Origin: Candidatus Promineifilaceae bacterium
GTDB lineage: Bacteria; Chloroflexota; Anaerolineae; Promineifilales; Promineifilaceae
DNA length: 64,000 nucleotides
Assembly: GCA_041570195.1 (NCBI GenBank)
Contig: JBFFWQ010000018.1
Span: 466 to 64,465, forward strand
Direction of reading: 5' to 3'
Position numbers and translations under genes: made by a program. Below the pieces are notes generated by a model. It was not told where the DNA came from, did not search any database, and saw nothing but the letters and a program-made list of their open reading frames with translations. This document shows positions 53,069-60,574 of this stretch, one piece after another. Each line of letters opens with the position of its first letter. The first letter of the stretch is position 1.

Positions 53069-54562
53069 TCATGTCGTGTCCTCCTGCAGGATTCTTTCGA
53101 TTTCTCCATCGACCGAAGCAGGCACTTCCTGTATCTTGTGTTCGTCCAGGATGCCTATGGTTGTCTCCCGCAGAGTCGCGTTTATGTCCTTCGCTCCCTG
53201 ATCTTGCCAACGATCTAATCGCTGGCGGTTGAAGATCTGCGGCATCCATAACGCTCGCCAGTGATCCATCGTGTGTTTGTGACTCAAGAATTCTCCGCCA
53301 GGTCCGACATCATTGATAACATCAACGGCCAAAGCTTCCGCGTCGACGCGAACTCCTTCGGCGAATCGCCGGGTCATGGAGATGATCTCGTTCGTCAACA
53401 CCATCATCTCTGGCGAACCGGTCAAGCCGCTTTCTAGATAGCCCACATCGTGGTTGAGGTTGGTCCTGGACAGCAAAGCAACCAGGACAGCAAATTGGGC
53501 GTCGGCCGCGGCTTGGCCATCGATGACTTTGCTGTCACTATGCCCGGCATAACCCCACACGGGCAGACTATAGAAGCGGCCCATTTCGGCCGCCATTACC
53601 CGGGCGAGTTGGAATTCGGGCGCACCGTATACGCTGATCATCTCCTTCATATCCATGTGATGAACGCCATGTCCATAAAGGAAGGGGGCGCCAGGATTCT
53701 CAAGTTGGTGCATGACCAGGCTGCTGAGCACCTCGGCATTGCCCAGAGCTACCGCTCCGGCTAAGGTCACCGGGGCTGTCGCGCCCATCATTGGCGCCGG
53801 CGAGTGAGTGATTGGGATCTTATGCTTGGCACAAAAAAGGAGTTTTTCGGTTGCGTCCAGACTATGTCGGAGGGGTGTCGAAGGCTCGGAATAAAGCAAG
53901 ATGCTTGGATATTGAACAAGTTCGTCCAGACCGCCGGCGGCCGCGGCGGCCATGGACGTGATAGCTTCCATGTCGGCCTTCGTACCGCACACGACCACGA
54001 TGGGCTTGGTAGTATTGCGCAACATGGCAGCAAATTGGTATCGAAAATAGGTCGCTTCGGGCACATCTCGCGGCACGCCCAGCGACATCATGAAATGAAG
54101 TTCGGGTAGCGAATCGACCACCCTGGCACAATCGCCGATGTCTGCCAGGAGAAAATCACGACGAACTCCAGAGCGAGGATCTAGATAGCGAAAAGTGTCA
54201 GAGCCTGGGCCAAAATAGACACCCTTGCCATCCAACTTGATGGCCACCTGGTCGTTGCCTCGACTATAAAGATTGAATGATCCCGGAACAGTAGCCAAGG
54301 CCCACTCGACAAGAGAAGGTGGTATCTTCACCAGGTTCTCCTCGATCAGGGCTCCGGCCTGGTCCAGCAAGCGAATGGCGGCCGGGCTAAATACGCGGAC
54401 ACCTGTCTGCCGCAGAATCTCACAGGAGGCGCGATGAATGCGCAGGCAATCTTCGCGGCCCAACATGGAAAACCGCGGCCGTATGGGAGGCAGGTCACGT
54501 CGTGGTAGATCACGTGGTGAATGAGCTTGGGTCAACGGGTCATGGTGATGTCGGTCGTTCAT
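53069..54562 (-). CDS. MttB-family methyltransferase, non-pyrrolysine type (paralog 5, most divergent)
   Basis: Start at ATG 54562 (AGGAGG upstream); the ORF is open from TTG 54595. FGPGSDTF, NHDVGYLESGLTGS. Lacks the poly-Arg N-terminus of paralogs 1-4. Confidence 0.85.
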   Translation of the reverse strand: MNDRHHHDPLTQAHSPRDLPRRDLPPIRPRFSMLGREDCLRIHRASCEILRQTGVRVFSPAAIRLLDQAGALIEENLVKIPPSLVEWALATVPGSFNLYSRGNDQVAIKLDGKGVYFGPGSDTFRYLDPRSGVRRDFLLADIGDCARVVDSLPELHFMMSLGVPRDVPEATYFRYQFAAMLRNTTKPIVVVCGTKADMEAITSMAAAAAGGLDELVQYPSILLYSEPSTPLRHSLDATEKLLFCAKHKIPITHSPAPMMGATAPVTLAGAVALGNAEVLSSLVMHQLENPGAPFLYGHGVHHMDMKEMISVYGAPEFQLARVMAAEMGRFYSLPVWGYAGHSDSKVIDGQAAADAQFAVLVALLSRTNLNHDVGYLESGLTGSPEMMVLTNEIISMTRRFAEGVRVDAEALAVDVINDVGPGGEFLSHKHTMDHWRALWMPQIFNRQRLDRWQDQGAKDINATLRETTIGILDEHKIQEVPASVDGEIERILQEDTT

Positions 54563-54608
54563 TTGCCTCCTCGCGGCACACTGGCAGAGTACCAACTATC
54601 TTAATGCC

Positions 54609-54626
54609 AAAAGGGCGATCCGCCCT
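54609..54626 (-). terminator. terminator-like hairpin (A)GGGCG-GAT-CGCCC(T)TTTGG in the 5' leader of MttB paralog 5
   Basis: 5-6 bp GC stem, 3-nt loop and T4 on the minus strand, about 45 nt upstream of the ATG. Short, so uncertain. Confidence 0.3.
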
Positions 54627-54650
54627 ACTGATGATCGTCCAAAAATTCAC

Positions 54651-54698
54651 TGTAGATCGGCACGTATGGTGCAGACAAGCCCTGCCAACTGATCTACA
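54651..54698 (-). promoter_or_regulatory. 12-bp interrupted stem (8+4 bp, 4-nt bulge, 20-nt loop) in the same leader
   Basis: TGTAGATCGGCA pairs with TGCC-(AACT)-GATCTACA; all 12 pairs verified by hand. Confidence 0.4.
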
Positions 54699-54814
54699 TC
54701 TGGCCCGAGAGCTTCTTATGTGAATGAACAGCCCAACTGTCGACTGCCTGGCCCACCTGTTTGGGGTCGTTGGTCCCCATCGGAACTTTCGAGGCGACGA
54801 CTCTATCGAATTGT

Positions 54815-55924
54815 TTATCCCCAAACCCGCCTGGCAGTCTCGGCGATCGTTCCAAGCTTGTACTTTTCATCGTCGACGGTAATGGCATTGCCGACTACCG
54901 ATGTCGAAAAACCGCACTGGGGACTGAGGGCAAGCCGTTCCAGGTCGATATACTGGCTGGCTTCTTCTAAACGCCGGACCAGTTCGCCGACACTCTCGCG
55001 CCGGGCTGTCTTAGTCGTCACCAGTCCCAGAACGACCGTTTTATCCTCGGGAACATCCTGTAAAGGCACGAATGAACCCGAACGCGCATCGTCGTACTCG
55101 AGCATTAAGCGCTGGGCGTGGATGCCCTGGAAGATCGGCTTGGCGATCAGGTCATAACCCCCTTCTACCAGCCATCGACTTCCCTGATTGCCCCGGCAGA
55201 GGTGAAAACTGAAGGTCACCCCGGGAAAGTCGCCGATGACCGCGTTATCCATGGCAATGCCCCTATCCAGATAGTCCTCCAGGTCCCACCCGCGTGACTC
55301 ATAGAAAGACCGAGTCTTAGGGTCGAGCAACAGGGGGTAATGGGGAGCATCCAACTGTATGTAGCTGGCGCCAAGACGGACCAACTCTTCAACTTCCTCA
55401 CGCAAGATATCCACCACGTCGGCCAGAAAACCGTCGACGGTTGGGTAGGCGGCCGTCGAATGTTCGGCCGACCAGAAATTGACCCACAAACTAGGGCTAG
55501 GCAGGGTTATTTTGGGAACCCGCGTCGTCCTGGCCCGAAGATAGGTGAACTCTTCGGCCGAGAGGTGCCGTTTGCGACGCAGCTTGCCGGTGACGCCAAG
55601 CTGCTGGGGTCGCTCGCAACTCCAATCCCCGATGCCTTCCTCTCCGGCCCAATCGCCCCACAAGAAGGCATCGATATCCCATTCGCCAAAGCCTTCCACC
55701 GCTTCTGGTAACTGGCTTTGGAACGAGAGGCGACGCTGTTCACCATCGGTGACGACTTGCAGGCCGGCCTCCTCTTGCAAGGCAACCGCTTGATCGACTG
55801 CCAGATCCTCGATGGCCTTGAAAGCCACCTGGCTAATACGGCCGGCGGCCAAGTCATCGCGAGCTTTCAGTAGCTCAGGCGGCCGGAGCAGGCTGCCAAC
55901 AACATCTGCACGGGCGGTTATCAT
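54815..55924 (-). CDS. cobalamin-independent methionine synthase (MetE C-terminal domain)-like Zn methyltransferase
   Basis: 369 aa. N-terminus ADVVGSLLRPPEL...VTDGEQRR. Putative Zn ligands are retained: HLCRGN, LEYDD, SPQCGF. Confidence 0.85.
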   Translation of the reverse strand: MITARADVVGSLLRPPELLKARDDLAAGRISQVAFKAIEDLAVDQAVALQEEAGLQVVTDGEQRRLSFQSQLPEAVEGFGEWDIDAFLWGDWAGEEGIGDWSCERPQQLGVTGKLRRKRHLSAEEFTYLRARTTRVPKITLPSPSLWVNFWSAEHSTAAYPTVDGFLADVVDILREEVEELVRLGASYIQLDAPHYPLLLDPKTRSFYESRGWDLEDYLDRGIAMDNAVIGDFPGVTFSFHLCRGNQGSRWLVEGGYDLIAKPIFQGIHAQRLMLEYDDARSGSFVPLQDVPEDKTVVLGLVTTKTARRESVGELVRRLEEASQYIDLERLALSPQCGFSTSVVGNAITVDDEKYKLGTIAETARRVWG

Positions 55925-55982
55925 GATCTACTCTCCTGGGACACGAAAAGATTGACCGATACCAAGTTGCTTCAAAACCTGC

Positions 55983-57290
55983 TCATGTCGCTTTCTGAGT
56001 CAACCAGGTTAGCGTTCGAGCCATCTCATTGTGAAACGCGGCGATGCTGGCGCCGGCCGGCCGGTCTCTTGGATAGGTCAAGAGGTCAGGTTGCATTGCC
56101 AGGGCCACCTGGCTGGTGACGGCCGACGGAGCCCCTTCCAGCAAGATCCGCATGTCGCGAGCCCGGCATTCCTGGCTGGCTACGATCAACTCCTGGATGG
56201 TGCCCAGCCGGGACATCTGCAGGTGGAGCACATGAACTGCTTCGGCCTGGACGAAGGACCGAATATCACTCAGCGTATGAATTCCGGCGCTTGCTACCAA
56301 TTGCAGCGACATCCCGCGCATGCGGATGTAACTGCGCAATTGGCCTAGGGCCTCAATCTGAGAATCAAGATCGTCCAAGATCAGTGGGTCCTGTACGCGA
56401 ACCAGGCACGGCTTGGCCGCTTGCTCCAGACCATAAAGAGCGCCCAAGACCTTGCCGATGTCCTGGCCAAAGATCTGTCCCAGGCCTCCAGCAGTGTCCA
56501 GATGAATCGTCATCGGCCGCGCATAACCAGCCTCGACCAGGCTCTCCCGCAATTGGCGTACAAATCGTTGGATCCGCTCGCCGTTTGGTCCTAAAGATTC
56601 TTCAAAGTCAGTCCTGCCGACGGCATAAGAAAGGGCTGAGATCTGATCGTGCAGTTGCAGCTTCTGCCCGCGTTGGATAGGCATTTGCAGGTCAACGGCC
56701 GTCGATGGGATGGGTAAATCGAATTCTTCGGCGATGATCTCGGCGACGGTTACGCCCCGAACCATCGACACAGCCGACAATAAGGCCTGACTTAAGCCAT
56801 GGCCAATGGCTGGATGGATCGCTCGTTCAATCGTAATCTGCTCAGTCGCAGCCACTGATTCATCCGCTTCAGAGGAGGAAAGAAACCCGCTGATGATCGC
56901 CCGGCGGGAGACGATTTGGGACCGCCTTTCCGGCTGGGGTACAGGCTTGCTTATGGTTACGGTTTCCCTTATCGACTCGACCACGCTGGCCAGATGGCGG
57001 AAAGTGACCAGCTTTTGCCCCACCAAGAGAGGATTAATCTTCTCTTCGATGAAAGCAATACCCTCTTCAATTGAAAAAGGGGATTGGAAGTCGGGTCGGT
57101 CTCCAACTTGAACGTCTTCGCACGTTCCCCAGGCGATCCGCGAATCGCCGATTACAATACCAAGCTGGATCGTCCCAGTAGCTTGGCCGGTTGTGTCCAA
57201 ACCTGGTACGGTTACTATTGAGGTGATGGCGGGACGGTCCTCGGCGGAACCCTTTCCGACCGGAGACTTCCCAAGTGGAGATTGTTCCAT
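55983..57290 (-). CDS. methylaspartate ammonia-lyase-like (enolase superfamily) protein with non-canonical active-site positions
   Basis: 435 aa. Segments VPGLDTTG, IAWGTCEDVQ, HPAIGHGLSQALLSAVSMVRGVTVAEIIAEEF, IHLDTAGGLG and QLVASAG...LHLQMSRLG align by eye with my recollection of clostridial MAL. Confidence 0.5.
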   Translation of the reverse strand: MEQSPLGKSPVGKGSAEDRPAITSIVTVPGLDTTGQATGTIQLGIVIGDSRIAWGTCEDVQVGDRPDFQSPFSIEEGIAFIEEKINPLLVGQKLVTFRHLASVVESIRETVTISKPVPQPERRSQIVSRRAIISGFLSSSEADESVAATEQITIERAIHPAIGHGLSQALLSAVSMVRGVTVAEIIAEEFDLPIPSTAVDLQMPIQRGQKLQLHDQISALSYAVGRTDFEESLGPNGERIQRFVRQLRESLVEAGYARPMTIHLDTAGGLGQIFGQDIGKVLGALYGLEQAAKPCLVRVQDPLILDDLDSQIEALGQLRSYIRMRGMSLQLVASAGIHTLSDIRSFVQAEAVHVLHLQMSRLGTIQELIVASQECRARDMRILLEGAPSAVTSQVALAMQPDLLTYPRDRPAGASIAAFHNEMARTLTWLTQKAT

Positions 57291-57768
57291 GGATGAAGAA
57301 ATTCGAGCCTACAATCACTCTATCTTGCTGGGCTGTGGATTAGCTGCCCTGGTTGGCGTTGTAGTACTGGCGGGAATCCTGGTCCTACTGTTTGCTCATG
57401 ACCGGCAGGCGGCCCAGTATCCCGGTTCTGTACCCCTTTCAAAACATAGCAACTACAGGGGCCTGCCGTTTGAGTACCGTTGGGATAATTCTTACCGCAC
57501 CTCTGATAATTTCACCGATGTTTACAATTGGTACTCCGTCAAATACGATTTGGGCGCCGAGGCGCGGGCCAACGGCGATTGCATATTGCTAGAGGGGAGC
57601 CACACTCAACTGGCATTCAGCCGCCATATCAGCGTATTTCTATGCAATACTCGCTACGGCCAGATGATCTACGTCACTCGCTCCACATCTGTCGCCGGAC
57701 GAACGGCGCTTTTCACCGGGATTGACGATCTTCGCCAGTCCCTTTCCTTCGTTAGACCACGTCCCTGA
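57289..57768 (+). CDS. hypothetical single-pass membrane protein
   Basis: 159 aa from MDEEIRAYNHS with one TM helix (ILLGCGLAALVGVVVLAGILVLLF). It fills the only gap in the minus-strand array. Coding status is unproven. Confidence 0.4.
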   Translation: MDEEIRAYNHSILLGCGLAALVGVVVLAGILVLLFAHDRQAAQYPGSVPLSKHSNYRGLPFEYRWDNSYRTSDNFTDVYNWYSVKYDLGAEARANGDCILLEGSHTQLAFSRHISVFLCNTRYGQMIYVTRSTSVAGRTALFTGIDDLRQSLSFVRPRP

Positions 57769-58408
57769 GGTCGATTATCTCCTGGTCAGGGATATTGCCG
57801 AGGACGGTATCTACCTCAGGACCGGTTACATTCCTGATTTTAAGCACAACGTCCCAGAAACCCTCGCGGCGGCGGGACGGATAGGTACCTATCCCAATCA
57901 CGCCCATGCGATGTTCGCGCAGCGCATCGCTCAATTTGGCAAACTCGCCTGCCCGCTCGGGCATACGTACCGTCACCCGAACGCCAGTCTCGGGCATGCC
58001 CAGCATTTCCTGGAGCGCGTCTAGAAGATCTGATTCGGTAATGATGCCCACGACCGCACCATCTTCGATGACGGGCAGACAGCCGATCTTGTGCTCATTC
58101 ATTATCCGGGCGGCCCGTTCAACCGTCTTATCTGGCTCGATCGTATGGACCTTGTCCCGCCCTAGCATGATGCTCTTCACATTCAGCCCGGAAAGATAGC
58201 GGGTGATATCCCACACGTCCAGGCTGGCCAGTACGTCAGGCGCCAGGGCAAAGCTTTGACGGGTGATCAATCCCTCAAGGCGCTTGCCACTGCCGGTTAC
58301 AGGTAGGTGCCGGATATTGTTCTCGGACATAATCTTTTGCGCCTCTGAGGCCGGAATCTCAGGCGATATCAAGATTGGATGTCGGGTCATACAATCGTTA
58401 ACAAGCAT
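57752..58408 (-). CDS. CBS-pair plus ACT-like domain protein (AcuB-like)
   Basis: 218 aa. Two CBS repeats (IRHLPVTG...GLITRQ; IGCLPVIEDGAVVGIITESDL) followed by an ACT-like tail. Starts 2 nt after the ABC ATPase stop. Confidence 0.85.
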   Translation of the reverse strand: MLVNDCMTRHPILISPEIPASEAQKIMSENNIRHLPVTGSGKRLEGLITRQSFALAPDVLASLDVWDITRYLSGLNVKSIMLGRDKVHTIEPDKTVERAARIMNEHKIGCLPVIEDGAVVGIITESDLLDALQEMLGMPETGVRVTVRMPERAGEFAKLSDALREHRMGVIGIGTYPSRRREGFWDVVLKIRNVTGPEVDTVLGNIPDQEIIDLRDVV

Positions 58409-58410
58409 GA

Positions 58411-60564
58411 TCAGCTTCCTTGTGGTATTGGTTGGTATTGTCTAGCATCGGGCGTGTCGCCAGAGGAGATCACTGGATCGAAGGTGCGCAATACGTCCTC
58501 CTCGATATGGCAGAAAATCCGATGCCCCCCGCCAATTTCCCGCCAGGGCGGTAGTTCTTCCTCGCATATCTTGCCTCCATCTGGCAGCAATTGTCGTCTT
58601 GGGCAACGGGTGTGGAAACGGCAGCCGCTCGGCGGGTCGATGGCGCTTGGCACCGATCCCTCGAGGCGAATATGCTTCTGTTCTACCTTGGGATCGGGTA
58701 TGGGCACGGCCGAGAGCAGGGCCTCTGTATAAGGATGATAAGGCGGCGTGTAGATGGCGTCGGCCGGGCCGATTTCCATGAACTGACCCAAATACATGAC
58801 GGCCACGTCATCAGAGAAGAATCGCACTACACTTAGATCATGGGCGATGAAGATCAAGGTCGTGTTAAATTCTTGCTGCACTTCCAGGAGCAAATTGAGG
58901 ATCGCAGCCTGTACTGAAACGTCCAGGGCGCTGACCGGCTCGTCGCACAACACCAGATCCGGCTTGCTGGCCAGGGCCCGAGCGATGCCCACCCGCTGCT
59001 TCTCACCACCACTGAGCTGGCGTGGCAGGCGATCATAGTAATTCTCGCCCAGTCGCATGGCCCTCAGCAATTTAATAACTTCGCCCCGGACTTCCTTTTT
59101 TGGCACCGTCTTGAAACGATGCATCGGCCGGGCGATCTGTTGGCCGACAGAATAAGAGGGATTCATCGTCGAATCCGGGTTCTGAAACACCATCTGAAGC
59201 TCCTGGATCAACTTCTCATCCCGGGTTGAAATATCATCGGTGACGTCAAAACCCATGAACACCGCTTCGCCAGAGGTGCTGTCTTCCAGGCCAATGATGG
59301 TTTTTATCAACGTGCTCTTGCCGCAACCGGATTCGCCGACGACGCCTAGGGTACGGCCCTTTTCAACTTTGAAGCTCGCGTTTTCCACCGCTTTCACATA
59401 GCGTTTGTCGGCCAGGCCAATCATGTCTCGCAAGGATCCTCCCTGAACCTCATAATATTTCTTCAGGTCTTTCAGCTCAAGGATGGTCTCGCCAGATCGA
59501 TTTCCTTCGACGGCGATCGGTAGTTGCAGATCCTCAGGTGGACGCCACTGGCTTGGATCGATTTCTTCGGCGAAATGGCAACGGACGGCCATACCATTTG
59601 GCAACAAGCGCAGCTTGGGTCTTTCCCGCCGGCAGCGCTCCTGGATATAGTCACAACGAGGTCCATAAACACAACCGGCCGGCCGGCTATCGGGCGGCGG
59701 CACCCGGCCTCGGATAGGATAAAGCATGCTGCTGGCCTTGTCGGCGCCCAGCTTGGGCACGCAGCGCATCAAACCCTGGCTGTACGGATGCTGGGGGTCG
59801 TCGTAGATCTGTTCGACCGTTCCTATTTCTACCATCTCGCCCGCATACATCACCCCGACTCGGGTAGAGACCCGAGCCACAACACCCAGGTTATGAGTGA
59901 TGTACATGATGGCTGTATCAAAATCCCGTCGCAATTCGGCGATCAGGTCCAGAACAGCTGCTTCCACGGTGACATCCAAAGCCGTCGTCGGCTCATCCAT
60001 GATCAAAAGGGCTGGATTGTTAAGCAAGGCCATGGCAATGACTACCCGTTGCTGTTGGCCGCCAGATATCTGATGTGGATATCGTTTCATGACATTGGCC
60101 GGATCGGGCATATATACCCGATCCAACATCTGAATGCTGCGTTCAGAAGCCTCCTCGTCATTCATGTCCCGGTGCACGGTCAACACCTCTTTCATCTGGT
60201 CACCTAGACGCAAAGAGGGATTCAGGGCTTGCATCGGATCCTGATAGACCATGGCAATCTGATCGCCCCGGAGACGACGCAATTCTTCCCCTGTCTGGCC
60301 AACCAGGTCCTGACCCTGAAACTTAATGTGGCCATCCTTCACGTAGCCATTGGCCCCCAGGAAGTTGACGATGGCCCAGGCAACCGTGCTTTTTCCGCAG
60401 CCAGACTCGCCCACGATACCATGGGTTTCGCCCCGGTAGATATCGAAGGAAACGTCTTGCACAGCTTCGATCTCGCCGCCCCTGACTTTGTAGGCGACGG
60501 ACAGGTTCTCGATATTAAGAACCGGAGCGCCCTTCCGTTTTTTATTAGTCGATGCTTCTACCAT
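58411..60564 (-). CDS. fused double ABC ATPase of the peptide/opine/nickel (DppD-DppF/OppD-OppF) type
   Basis: 717 aa. Two Walker A sites (GESGCGKST twice), two LSGG signatures (ISGGQQQRV, LSGGEKQRV) and Cys-rich Opp-type C-terminal extensions. Confidence 0.9.
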   Translation of the reverse strand: MVEASTNKKRKGAPVLNIENLSVAYKVRGGEIEAVQDVSFDIYRGETHGIVGESGCGKSTVAWAIVNFLGANGYVKDGHIKFQGQDLVGQTGEELRRLRGDQIAMVYQDPMQALNPSLRLGDQMKEVLTVHRDMNDEEASERSIQMLDRVYMPDPANVMKRYPHQISGGQQQRVVIAMALLNNPALLIMDEPTTALDVTVEAAVLDLIAELRRDFDTAIMYITHNLGVVARVSTRVGVMYAGEMVEIGTVEQIYDDPQHPYSQGLMRCVPKLGADKASSMLYPIRGRVPPPDSRPAGCVYGPRCDYIQERCRRERPKLRLLPNGMAVRCHFAEEIDPSQWRPPEDLQLPIAVEGNRSGETILELKDLKKYYEVQGGSLRDMIGLADKRYVKAVENASFKVEKGRTLGVVGESGCGKSTLIKTIIGLEDSTSGEAVFMGFDVTDDISTRDEKLIQELQMVFQNPDSTMNPSYSVGQQIARPMHRFKTVPKKEVRGEVIKLLRAMRLGENYYDRLPRQLSGGEKQRVGIARALASKPDLVLCDEPVSALDVSVQAAILNLLLEVQQEFNTTLIFIAHDLSVVRFFSDDVAVMYLGQFMEIGPADAIYTPPYHPYTEALLSAVPIPDPKVEQKHIRLEGSVPSAIDPPSGCRFHTRCPRRQLLPDGGKICEEELPPWREIGGGHRIFCHIEEDVLRTFDPVISSGDTPDARQYQPIPQGS

Positions 60565-60574
60565 GGGTCTCCCT

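Noticed and set aside
6843-54595. Pyrrolysine (in-frame TAG) in the MttB genes, or pyl genes nearby.
   Set aside because: All five MttB ORFs are uninterrupted at full family length. No pylT-like tRNA or pylBCDS-like ORFs are in the window. They are therefore non-Pyl members.
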